DNA of 64,000 nucleotides from assembly GCF_018977255.1 (NCBI RefSeq), contig NW_024704742.1, positions 52,764,001 to 52,828,000 of the forward strand, written 5' to 3'. The notes below the pieces were generated by a model. That model saw nothing but the letters and a program-made list of their open reading frames with translations, was not told where the DNA came from and did no database searches. Made by a program: the position numbers and the translations under genes. Shown piece after piece: positions 35,901-46,140 of the stretch. This DNA is from Callorhinchus milii. Taxonomy: Eukaryota. Numbering within the stretch: position 1 is the stretch's first letter; every line of letters begins with the position of its first letter.

Positions 35901-38900
35901 CTCAATTTTATAATTCTGGCACCTCCAACAATGCAATACTCTCCCAGCTCTGGAGCCATCATAGACTCGTGAGCTCAAAATCCCGATACAGGTCTTGAAC
36001 CTACAACCTTCTGACTCACAGTGTTTCCAACTGAACCAGGCTGACACATACCCAAGCCAACAATAAAGTAACTGTCTTTGAAATGGAATATACACTCTGA
36101 CGTATAGGTTACTAGAATCTGGCTTTTATTCATAATAGGTGGACTCTGAGGAGATGGACGGGGGAATCCTATCTCGACAACAAAACCCTTTGGCAGATAA
36201 ACACTCTGTGCCATCAGAGTAAGTAACACCATCAGAGAAAGTAACAGCATTCAGTTAGCAGACTCTCTAATCATGTCCTCAACATCAGAGTAATCTTTCT
36301 GGGATCTGTGTTTTGATCAATAATAATAACAATAATAATGATCCAAGACATTAAACCCAATGTTTGTTAATACACTTTTGGGTTCTAATAACTTATGAGA
36401 TGTAATTTAGGCCTGAATTTTTTATTTTGTTTAAACTTCTTGAAATGTATATAAAACTTCAAATAATTGTGCAATTTTTTATTTGCCTGTAATGGTGTAA
36501 CACACTAATGGTTTGTGTAACTGAGGTTAAGAAAGGTAAACATCAGGTGCAGTGTTTGTTTGTGGTTGAATACAACAACAAAATTACATTTGTATAGCGC
36601 CTTTCATGTTGGGAGGACATCCCAAGGCGCTGGACAATCGGTGTTTCTGACCTGAGCTGGGGGTCGGGATCAGCGAGGGTGGAGGGCAGAAGGGGAAGGA
36701 GGGTGATCGAAGGCACGTTCGAAGAGTAGGGTCTTGAGGTGGGTCTTGAAGGAGGCAAGGGAGGGGGTGAGGTGCAGGCACTATGGGATAAAGTTCCAGA
36801 GGGTGGGGGCAGAGTGGTTGAAGGCCCACCCGCCAATGGTGGGGCAGGCGAGGCGGGGGAGGTAGTTGGCAGGTTGGTCGGGGTTAGGAGGTTGCAGAGG
36901 TAGGGGGGGAAAGGCCATGGAGGTGAGGTGAAGGTGAGGACCAGGATCTTGAACTGTATCCTCTGTGTGATGAAGCCAGTGGAGTCGGGCGAGAATGGGA
37001 GTGATAAGGACACGGAGCCTGGTGCGGGAGAGGACGTGAGTTGCAGAGTTCTGGATGATCTGCAGCCTATGGAGCGAGGAGTTGGGGAGGCTGACAAGCA
37101 GAGAGTTTGAATAGTTATGGATGTTATGAATGCATGTTTGAGGGTTTTGGCGACCTGCGGTGTGCGACAGTGGCGGAGCCAGGCAATGTTCCGGAGGTAG
37201 GGGAAGGCAAAGCGGGGTCATGGCACGAATAATTGTAAAAGAATATGTAAATATCTGTTTAAAATCTATATTTTATCATTGCAGAAAAGAGGAGGCGGGA
37301 ATTATCCGGTCAATGATGATAAAGGTTTTCCGCTGTATTGAGCCGGAGCTGAACAACCTAATTTCACTTGGTGACAAGATTGACAGCTTTAACTCCTTGT
37401 ATATGCTCGTGAAGATGAGCCATCATGTTTGGACAGCAGAGAATGTGGATCCTGCCTCTTTCCTCAGTACCACATTAGGAAATGTCCTTGTGACAGTTAA
37501 AAGGAATTTTGACAAATGCATTGTAGGTGACTATTTAAAAAAAATCTAAACCAAATAACCAGTTTAACTTAAATTATGCATTATGATGTTGGGTTTCATA
37601 TGGTAAAGGAACGTATCCAATGGGATCCTAACATGTCCCTTGTTCCTACGTAACTAAGAAAAATGCAAACTGGAAACATGAAATGTGAAATGTAACTGAA
37701 TATAATCGTCCTGAATAAATTCATCACCTTCTAGTGCTGGTAGCAGAAAGTCCACAATATCTTTGCTTAAAATTCAATTCGTATTTTATGAGTTACACAG
37801 TTTTAACCATCAAAATTTTAAAAAATGTGTGTTTTTGATATGGCATTACAATGAACTAGTTTGGTACTTGTGTGTGACTCTGTAACTGTTGTATAGGAAC
37901 ATAGGATTGTACAGAACAGGCAAAGATCATTTGCAGATCATAAGAGGTTAAGATGAAGAAAACCCTTCAGACAATTTTATCTCATGCTCCCAGAATACTC
38001 ACCCATTGCCCTCCATTTGGCCGGTCTCATTACAAAAAAAATATTAAATTATTCTAGCTATAACAGTATTCTACTATAACAGCCCATAATCAATGTATTT
38101 GCCAGATTGCTATCTAATTACCTCTTGAATTTGCTGACCCAATCTGCCCCCACATCTACCTTGCATAGTCCTTTCTACCTACAGTATTTCACCGTGGTCT
38201 GTGTAAAGCAATTAATCCTAAACTGGTCACCTATATTTTAGGTTTCATCCTGTAAATATTCCAATGTTAATTTGCTTTTGTGTCCTTCACGCTTTTAGTT
38301 GAATCAAATTAAGCAGATGGAAGAAGTGAAAATATCAAAAAAAAGCAAAGTTGGAATCTTGCCTTTTGTTAGTGGATTTGAAGAGTTTGCGGAACTGGCC
38401 GAGTCCATCTTCAGAATTGCAGAGCGCAGGGGTGATCTGAACAAGGCTTACAGCAGGCTTATCCGAGCTGTGTACAACAACGGTGAGGGACTGATAACAT
38501 CTGAACGTGAGCAAGGTGTTTTAGAGCTTTTACTGTAGTGCTTACGGTATGGTACATTTATTCTTGTTCTCAGTGGAAAAAGTGGCTAATGAAAGTCAGA
38601 AGACTCCTCGAGATGTGGTGATGATGGAAAACTTCCACCACATTTTTTCAACCCTCTCTCGCCTCAAAATCGCCTGCCTAGAAATCGAGAGAAAGGAAGC
38701 AAAACAGAAATATACAGAGTACCTGCAAGCTTATGTCATATATTCTCTGGGACAACCGCTTGAGAAACTTAACGTGAGTCTCCTTTACCTCACTAGAAAT
38801 CAATACAATTAAGCCTCTGCAAATCTGAAATTGGTAAGAGTTCTCTAAGGACAGCATATGTTTTGTTTAAAAACGGAAAATGACTGTGGCATTTTTTTAT

Positions 38901-40821
38901 TCAACTATTAATGTTCTTGTTGGCTTGTTTATCTAAATTGTGACTGTTTCTTTCATGAAATGCTTCAGTGGATGATTTTATTCTTGAAACATTTGATGAA
39001 GTAAGAGTGTGTAACTGACTGTTATTGTACACAGTGTGTTCACGTTCTAGGACTAACTAACTTTTATTGTGGATTCAGCATTTCTTTGAAGGCATCGAAG
39101 CTCGTGTGGCACAAGGTATTCGAGAGGAGGAAGTCAGTTACCAACTAGCTTTCAACAAGCAAGAACTCCGTAAAGTTATCAAAGAATATCCTGGAAAGGA
39201 AGTCAAAAAGGGGCTGGATAACCTGTACAAGAAGGTGGATAAGCATCTCTGTGAGGAGGAGAATCTGCTGCAGGTAAGCTTGTGCAGAGTGGAATAGTCG
39301 TACAAGAATAAGATCATGTCCATTACTTCTGATACAATGAGATCCAATACAGCATGTGATAACGGTAATCTTTACGTTTAATTTAGCGCCTTTTCATGTT
39401 GGGAAGAGGTCTCAAAGCATGTTGCATGATATCCTGTAAAGTGGCTTGATGTATTTTGTGGGCAAACATGGCAACCAATTTGCATACTGCAATGTCTCAA
39501 AACTTACCATGAAGAGAATGACCGTTAATGTTATCAGTACTATAGTACAACGCATTCATAGGAGCATTCACTGACTCCCTCTTGTCTCCTACACGTAGCC
39601 TCTCTTAGATTATAATTATGCATACTATCCAAATATTGTAAATTGTCTGTTTAGACATTTTGAGCCTTTTTATTTCTTTATTTTTCCTACGCAATACAGT
39701 GTACAACAGAGAGCCGATATTAAACATTTAATTGCGGCCACTGTAGATAATTGGAAATCATACAAAATACAACTTGGCTACATTGCTAACCAACACATTC
39801 TTCCATCAGATGTACTGTCACCACAGATGTACTCTTCCTAGCTTTCTTTCTCTGACTTTTTTTTCCCTCCGAGTCGCTCTCTCACCTCATCTCTTTTCCT
39901 CTTGTCTGAGGTGCGTATCTCTAAACTCTTTGCCTCTCACTTTCTTGGACATTCTCTGATACTTTGTCTGATTCTCTCCCCATCTCGCATCCTGCTGCTG
40001 CCATGTTTCACTCACAAAATACACAGTCATTTCACAATGTATCTTGTGAAGCGCTTTGAGATGTCTCAACAATGCGTTATATCAAATGCAAGTATTATTA
40101 TTATAGATTGGTAAATAAGCACTTAACTTCACACTACTGGCTCACATGGTCCTATTATCCTTGTGCATATACGCACAACTGGAGCATCTCACAGCTCCCA
40201 AGTTTGCTTCTGTATTGGAAGTGAAACAAGTGGACAACCAGATAATTGGTGTGCAGATATGTTGCGGTCTACTATGTATCCAGGTGGCGGTAATAATTTA
40301 AAAAGTTATAAATAAAAGAGCATGGGAATTGTTAGGACATGAAAAGACTTAGTACTCAACCCTAGCTAACTATTTTCATCATATCCCTCATTTCTTTTTC
40401 TTTCCAAGAGCCTGTCTAGTCGCCTTGTGAACCCATAGATCTGCGCTAGTAATTGATAACGTAAGTTATCAACTAATGTCTCCTGGTGTTTAAAATCTTT
40501 AGGATATTGACCAGATCAATCAGGCCAATCAATCCCTTTCATATAAATAATAAGAACCTTGAAACTACTCTATAAATGTTTATGTTGGCAGTAACCTGTT
40601 AATGAATGACTGGTATTTGTGTAAAATCCTGACCCCCTTTGCTGATGGTGATTTCTTTATCCCCACAGGTTGTGTGGCATTCCATGCAGGATGAGTTCAT
40701 TCGGCAGTACAAACACTTTGAGGGTCTGATAGGTCGTTGTTATCCTGGATCTAGCATTATAATGGAGTTCACAATACAGGACATTCTGGAGTATTTCTCT
40801 AGTATAGCCCAGTCTCACTAA
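14836..40821 (+). CDS. EXOC1: Exocyst complex component 1 (Sec3); join(14836..14959,15914..16044,16915..17074,21703..21890,22365..22592,23448..23580,24852..24961,29516..29665,31120..31225,32688..32732,33566..33729,34539..34649,36139..36218,37285..37522,38299..38482,38574..38773,39079..39273,40669..40821), 2700 nt / 899 aa
   Basis: Runs from [41 protein letters not shown] to [19 protein letters not shown]. All junctions are GT-AG and phases add up to a continuous frame. Confidence 0.97.
15914..16044 (+). CDS. EXOC1: EXOC1 coding exon
   Basis: [50 protein letters not shown]| ... |GTGAGA. Confidence 0.95.
16294..16603 (+). mobile_element. Older, longer subfamily of the same SINE
   Basis: Diverged tRNA head; extra central segment CTCTGTTTAC...GTTAGTCGAT shared with the 53240 copy. 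Confidence 0.8.
16915..17074 (+). CDS. EXOC1: EXOC1 coding exon
   Basis: [19 protein letters not shown]...VSSQLLE; CCAG| ... |GTAAGT. Confidence 0.95.
17792..17812 (+). CDS. EXOC1: Candidate EXOC1 21-nt alternative microexon (ELPKVTE)
   Basis: Long pyrimidine tract then TTTGCAAAG|AACTTCCTAAAGTTACAGAAG|GTTGGT; phase 1-1 and frame-preserving. Confidence 0.75.
18955..19065 (+). repeat. Degenerate ~30-bp tandem repeat, 4 copies
   Basis: ATAGGAATTACCCATGTTAT core. Confidence 0.75.
19633..19962 (-). mobile_element. Young tRNA-derived SINE
   Basis: Near-identical reverse complement of 50026-50356. Confidence 0.9.
21703..21890 (+). CDS. EXOC1: EXOC1 coding exon
   Basis: [34 protein letters not shown]...ELQVLDG; donor |GTGAGT. 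Confidence 0.95.
22365..22592 (+). CDS. EXOC1: EXOC1 coding exon
   Basis: [17 protein letters not shown]...EEIEFLV; TTTAG| ... |GTAAGT. Confidence 0.95.
23448..23580 (+). CDS. EXOC1: EXOC1 coding exon
   Basis: [13 protein letters not shown]...[14 protein letters not shown]| ... |GTATTG. Confidence 0.95.
23843..24200 (+). mobile_element. Penelope-like element relic, GIY-YIG endonuclease region
   Basis: Broken frame [16 protein letters not shown]...[13 protein letters not shown]...NVVYCIHC...[23 protein letters not shown]...HFN. Confidence 0.85.
24852..24961 (+). CDS. EXOC1: EXOC1 coding exon
   Basis: [43 protein letters not shown]| ... |GTACAC. Confidence 0.93.
25947..26000 (+). CDS. EXOC1: Candidate EXOC1 54-nt alternative cassette exon ([18 protein letters not shown])
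   Basis: Long U-rich tract then AATCAG| ... TCT|GTGAGT; phase 0-0, no stop, fits between ...VFVQQ and GHDQ... Confidence 0.7.
28476..28986 (+). mobile_element. L2 LINE 3' fragment
   Basis: FQNSAARVL...[20 protein letters not shown]; tail GGCGCTATACAAATGTAATTTGTTGTTG. Confidence 0.88.
29516..29665 (+). CDS. EXOC1: EXOC1 coding exon
   Basis: [38 protein letters not shown]...EGLNK. Confidence 0.95.
31120..31225 (+). CDS. EXOC1: EXOC1 coding exon
   Basis: [35 protein letters not shown]; donor |GTAAGT. Confidence 0.95.
32688..32732 (+). CDS. EXOC1: EXOC1 45-nt cassette exon ([15 protein letters not shown]), equivalent of mammalian alternative exon 11
   Basis: CATGCAG| ... A|GTGAGT, phase 1-1; peptide matches the recalled mammalian [15 protein letters not shown]. 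Confidence 0.9.
33566..33729 (+). CDS. EXOC1: EXOC1 coding exon
   Basis: [18 protein letters not shown]...[12 protein letters not shown]. Confidence 0.95.
34155..34430 (-). mobile_element. Degenerate SINE copy lacking the head
   Basis: Tail and body motifs (CAATTGCACACAGCAGTGTCCCACA, GGAAACTTGCC) recognisable. Confidence 0.7.
34539..34649 (+). CDS. EXOC1: EXOC1 coding exon
   Basis: [37 protein letters not shown]; donor |GTATGA. Confidence 0.93.
36139..36218 (+). CDS. EXOC1: EXOC1 coding exon (divergent linker)
   Basis: [31 protein letters not shown]| ... GA|GTAAGT; 80 nt supplies the required phase 0 to 2 change. Confidence 0.88.
36572..37225 (-). mobile_element. L2 LINE 3' fragment
   Basis: [18 protein letters not shown]...[11 protein letters not shown] on the - strand; same tail. 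Confidence 0.88.
37285..37522 (+). CDS. EXOC1: EXOC1 coding exon
   Basis: [26 protein letters not shown]...VKRNFDKCI. Confidence 0.95.
38299..38482 (+). CDS. EXOC1: EXOC1 coding exon
   Basis: [24 protein letters not shown]...RAVYNN. Confidence 0.95.
38574..38773 (+). CDS. EXOC1: EXOC1 coding exon (after a 91-nt intron)
   Basis: [23 protein letters not shown]...GQPLEKLN. Confidence 0.95.
39079..39273 (+). CDS. EXOC1: EXOC1 coding exon
   Basis: [32 protein letters not shown]...EEENLLQ. Confidence 0.96.
40669..40821 (+). CDS. EXOC1: EXOC1 terminal coding exon
   Basis: [28 protein letters not shown]...SIAQSH then TAA. Confidence 0.96.
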   Translation, partial: VVWHSMQDEFIRQYKHFEGLIGRCYPGSSIIMEFTIQDILEYFSSIAQSH

Positions 40822-43735
40822 AATATCACAAACAGCAGCCAGGTCATTTTAGTTGTGGTCCTGTTTGATCTCAACTTCAAAAAATTGTCATTGTAACATT
40901 AACTATTTAACTCTAGCTGCACATTGCAACATAGATGCTCAGCTAAACAAACCAAAGCAGAAATGCAAGTAGTAATTCTGTTGATGGCTTTAACATACTA
41001 GCATACTTGAGTTGAACCAAATGTATAAATGTATAAGGCTGCGTCAGCATAGTTTCTTGTCTGTTGCGAGACTTTAAGAGAACATTTCCGTTACTATGTA
41101 AAATAGCGGATTTGTAAAAGCATTTTTAATATTTGAGACTTGGCATTATCGGAAATTCTAGCAACAAGTTTCCTGCAGCGTATTTTAATTAAGTCCATAA
41201 TTTTGCCTTAACTAACGACTTTTTTTTTAGTAGGTTTTTCTTGAGGGAGATTCATGAGACACTGAGACCATTAGTGAACAGGCTAACAGGAGCAGTCAGG
41301 ACCTTGGTGACAGAGTCAGTCAGAGGTGCTTTTGGCCATACTATCAGAGTTTGCTTATTAAATTCAGAAAAATCTGCATTAACTCAGGATTATTATTGTA
41401 GCCATTGTCATTTAGCAGACAGAGTTGAGCAGCAAAATCAAACCCCTCTCAATAGCACTTTCCTCATGAAAAATGTATTGGCTCAGATAAATTAATGTTC
41501 TGGAATGAAGTAAGTACATTAGAATTTCTCTCCGCTGATAATAATTACTTCAATAATTATGTTGAATCACAAACAAAAAGCTGGAATCTTGAACAGGTGG
41601 GGAATGATGTATTGTGAAATTGCTGAACAAATAGAACTGTTTGGTTTGTCCTTAGACTAGTTTTACATTTGGTTTACAGGGTGTTAACAAAATCCTGTTA
41701 CCCCATATGTTTCCTACATGGCACTGACCAACACCTGAAACGTGTAGAAGAATGATGGTAGTTGTATATAGAATTACTTAATTGTATTCAATGCAAATAT
41801 TTAACTGTATTTAAGATGGCCAGAGGATTGTTTTGTGTGAGGGCCATCATTTTCATGGCAGATTATGATCCATCGCCATGTTCCTTAAGGTGATGCAGTG
41901 ACAAGGTGAAATGCATCTCTGACAGCTTGACAGCTTGTTGCAGATCCTGATAGTCTCATATCACTGTTTTGTAATGGAGTAAGAGGACTTGTGGACACCC
42001 TGTACAATGAAACTATGATTTATATACTACTTGGATTCTGTTTTACCATTTCTCGGCAAACTGTCAGTCTTACAGATAGCTGCCCTGTGGCTTTAGCTGT
42101 GTTTTGTAAGCTAAGTGTTTGCCTCTATGTCCTATAATGGGAGTTGGACTTTATGAGCTAATCATGTAAATAGTAATTTCCTTCTATAATGTTTTTCGGG
42201 CTAAATTTTGTTCAGCATAAAACTCTCTACTATCCAATTCTAGGAGAATTGTGAGCAAAGGGGCTTTGCTCGCGCTTTTTTTGTCACTAAAATATGCAGA
42301 TTGCCCACTGGAATTCAACCCAAATGTCAAAGATGTCATTGTCTTATAGGAACAGCCATGTTACAATAGTTCTAATTAAATTACAAAGGATTCACACATA
42401 TACACTCTCATTTTTCAATACTACTAAAAACTATTTTGGCAAATATGATCCACAATTATAAAATTGGAATCTGCATTAGATTAGTGTTTAGGCATAATTT
42501 TTTTTAAAAAAAGACTTTATTTTATGCATTCTGCTTCTCATATTTCTTGTGAGAATGACCATTTATTTAACATAGAAAAACAGCCGAGAAAATCTGATTT
42601 GAATTCAATACATGGATATCATTCATGCATTCCTTTGTTATTCTTTAAGTTCCATAGATTTAGGTAATAATACAAAAAGGATGTTTTCACTTTAATACAA
42701 CAAATATCTGATATTTCTATCTCGTTCTCACAACACGTATTTACGGACCTTAGAAAAAACACCATTGTTAACCATGTTAAGATATAATGAACACATTAGC
42801 CACAATGCATTATTTTTTTATGTAACATAACACTAATCATGACTTATTTTGCAAGGTTTGCTAAAATAACAACTGCTTTTATGCAGCATTATGAAAGGAG
42901 GCTTGACATTTCTGACAGCTGGAGATATTTACTGCAGTATTTCATATGCTTATTGTTAAATATAAGACTTGTAGCAGACCTAAATCATGTTCCAGTTAAT
43001 TAAATTTTTATTGTAAAGATTATAAGCAGCCATTTAACAAGTATGAGCTCTTGGCTTACTCTATTATGTTTTGAGAGGGGCAGTAGGATGGCAGAAGGAG
43101 CTATTTGGGGTTGATGTGAACGTAACCTGAAGATTGATTTAGCTTGAGATTTTTGAATGTACATCAAGGAAACGTTTTGTGCATTATGTGCACTCACTCC
43201 AGCTTCACTATTGTTTCATAAGGATTTGGTAGAATTGCATAGTCAGCAGAAGTGTTAGTAAAGGGGGAGCTTTATTATTTATTTGCACAAAAACATTTCT
43301 GGTCAACTGAATAATGTTTAGTTAGACGAGCACATTTCTGAATATCTCCATGTGCTTCTAGTGTAGGACCTTTGATAATAAATGTGTTTACCAGGAAATG
43401 TGGTGCAACTAACCAACCATCAGGGTATTTACATTCCTACATCTGCACGTATGTGCATTGTGGGGCAAGGCAAGTACCTTCTTTGTGGTAAATATTTCAG
43501 ATATTATTCTGGAAAATTATGGTTTTAAGTTTATATTTGTTCGAGCTCTAGGCACTACCAGTCAGCAAATGATTTGTGTTTAGCCTTCAGCCATGCTGTC
43601 GTCAATGACGTGTGTAATAAGGAGTTATAATCTGCTGAGGGAATAGATTCTGTGAACAAACTGTGCACTAATAACTATGTATCACTGAATTCAAAACACT
43701 ATTAATAAAAGAAAGTGAACTTCATTCCTTTTGTA
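40822..43735 (+). other. Probable long EXOC1 3' UTR with candidate poly(A) signals
   Basis: About 2.9 kb of AT-rich sequence with no recognisable repeats; AATAAA at ~43377 and ~43703; SINE-derived sequence resumes at ~43770. Confidence 0.45.
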
Positions 43736-44239
43736 AGTCTATCTTTCACTATAATTCATGGAATATGGCTGTTTGGGCACATTGCTGTCGCAAACTGTGC
43801 CACCGCGTTTGCCTACAAATGCACAGTCAATCCACTTCACAGTAAATCCTGTGCAGCGCTTTGGGACTTCTTCGCAACATGAAAGACGCAATACAAAAAA
43901 ATGTAAGCAATGTGTCCATTTCATCGACTTGGTATTGTATTTTGTATTCCACAGAGTTCAGAGTCAAAATTGCTGTGAAGCTTTGCAGTGCGTATCAGAG
44001 GGATGGTGAGGACTCGGGCAGCACATCTCGTGCAATTCCTATTAGGAACAATTTAGAAACAAGAAAGTAACACTGGGCACAACGAGCCCCTTCTTGCTCC
44101 TCAACAACAACTTGCATTTACTATGTACGGTTATTTATTCAATCCCCACCCAATTGATTTCTCAGCACATTTCTCAATCCATTTTCTACACAGGATACAG
44201 TAGTTCTGGACCCCAGAACTATTGAACTAGAATTAGTTA

Positions 44240-44510
44240 GGCCATTTAAGAGTGAAATCAGGAAGGATGTTTCCACTCAAAGGGTGGTAGAAATCTGGAA
44301 TCCTCTCCCCCAAAAGGCCGTGGATTCTGGATCCATCCACACCTTCAAGAGTGAGGTTGATAGATTTTTGGTAGGTCAGGATATCAAGGGATATGGGGAG
44401 AAAGTGAGAAATTGGAATTGAAAGGATTAGTTGAGGTACAGATCAGCCATGGTCTAATTAAATGGCGGAACAGGCTCGCAGGGCTGAATGGCCTCCTCCT
44501 GTTCCTATGA
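44240..44510 (+). mobile_element. CR1-clade LINE 3' end
   Basis: STQRVVEIWNPLPQKAV...FKSEVDRFL followed by GGGCTGAATGGCCTCCTCCTGTTCCTATG, typical of fish/shark CR1; antisense CR1 scraps at ~19460-19630 and ~51770-51990. Confidence 0.8.
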
Positions 44511-45216
44511 CCCATTTCTAATAATGTTCTACCGCTGCCCACCACGAGTGCGCAATAGCCTATAATATTGCACAAAGCTAATCAATAAATCTCAGCTGTT
44601 TTTTCAAATGTGCTCAACGTCAACTTAATGGTTCACTGGAAGGTTCAGCAGAGGTCCCCAACGACGGCAAACACGCCAATGAACAAGTATTTTGCTTCCC
44701 GCCCCCATCGCAAGAAAATTTACAGCGTTTCCAAAAGAGCCGCCGCGCACTTCATCCACGTGTAGCGGTTTGTGTCCCTCTGGTGTCTGCTCCGCCGCTG
44801 GTGCTTTCTCCGCCGTGACAGACGTCACCCTTTTAATGGAAGGATTTTTTTTTTCTTCTCCGCACGACCAAACTATTCACAGACGGGGACACTTCTGTCA
44901 AGGTTTTCCCTCTTAAATCTACTTTGTTCCTCCCGACGTGAAAGGCGCTCTATAAATGGAATCTTCTTGTTGTTGTTGTTGTTGTTGTTGTTCCAGGGGA
45001 AGAATCCCAACTTTTCAACAACAATTCGCACTTACGCAGAAGTCCATCGCGCGGAGTCGTGTATTGGAGCGATTAACGGGGGTGGAACCTGCGGCCAAGA
45101 CGGGGGGGAGGGGGGGGAGGGAGGGGGGAGGGAGGGGGCGACTGTGGGCACAAGAGGAAGGTCCTCGCGATCAGAAACTGGGCCGGAACTCGGGCAACGC
45201 GGGCAGGTCCTCTCCT

Positions 45217-45830
45217 CCGGGGGCAGTGCAGTGCAGTGCCGGGGGCCGCCGCTGGTGGCGCTGTTCCCGGGGGGGGGCAGTGCAGTGCCGGGGGCCGCCG
45301 CTGGTGGCGCTGTTCCCGGGGGCAGTGCAGTGCCGGGGGCCGCCGCTGGTGGCGCTGTTCCCGGGGCAGTGCAGTGCCGGGGGCCGCCGCTGGTGGCGCT
45401 GTTCCCGGGGGCAGTGCCGGGGGGCGCCGCTGGTGGCGCTGTTCCCGGGGCAGTGCCGGGGGGCGCCGCTGGTGGCGCTGTTCCCGGGGGCAGTGCCGGG
45501 GGTCGCCGCTGGTGGCGCTGTTCCCGGGGGCAGTGCAGTGCAGTGCCGGGGGCCGCCGCTGGTGGCGCTGTTCCCGGGGGCAGTGCAGTGCCGGGGGCCG
45601 CCGCTGGTGGCGCTGTGCCCGGGGGGGGGCAGTGCAGTGCCGGGGGCCGCCGCTGGTGGCGCTGTTCCCGGGGGGGGCAGTGCAGTGCCGGGGGCCGCCG
45701 CTGGTGGCGCTGTTCCCGGGGGGGGGCAGTGCCGGGGGCCGCCGCTGGTGGCGCTGTGCCCGGGGGGCAGTGCAGTGCAGTGCCGGGGGCCGCCGCTGGT
45801 GGCGCTGTTCCCGGGGGCAGTGCCGGGGCC
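45217..45830 (+). repeat. GC-rich minisatellite, 13 units of 39-51 bp (CAGTGCCGGGGGCCGCCGCTGGTGGCGCTGTTCCCGGGG)
   Basis: GCTGGTGGCG counted 13 times between 45251 and 45804. Confidence 0.95.
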
Positions 45831-46058
45831 GCGCGCCGTTTTTGAACTTGTTGCCGCGGAGCCGCGAGGGCCGAGACCGCGGCGGAGAGCAGCGGAGAGG
45901 CCGAGACTGGGCCGCGGGTCAACCCGGACACCGGACACCGGGACACCGGACACCGGGACACCGGACACCGGGACAGGCCGCGGGCAACAGGCGGAGGGGC
46001 AGCGGGAGAGAGAGAGAGAGAGAGAGCGCGCGGGGCGGCCCTGAGCCTCCGGGAGACA
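45831..46058 (+). promoter_or_regulatory. Putative CEP135 core promoter (CDE/CHR) and non-coding exon 1
   Basis: CpG island. CGCGC-N4-TTTGAA at 45832-45846 has canonical CDE/CHR spacing. Donor ACA|GTGAGT with GT at 46059. The ATG exon has an acceptor CCAG| at 52800. Confidence 0.6.
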
Positions 46059-46140
46059 GTGAGTGACAGCGCGACCCCGAGCACCGCCATCATCATCATC
46101 TTCATCATCATCACAGACTCACTGCAGCTCCAGTGCAGAG

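Noticed and set aside
45217..45830. CRISPR-like regularly spaced repeats
   Set aside because: No unique spacers, no cas genes, eukaryotic context; it is a minisatellite
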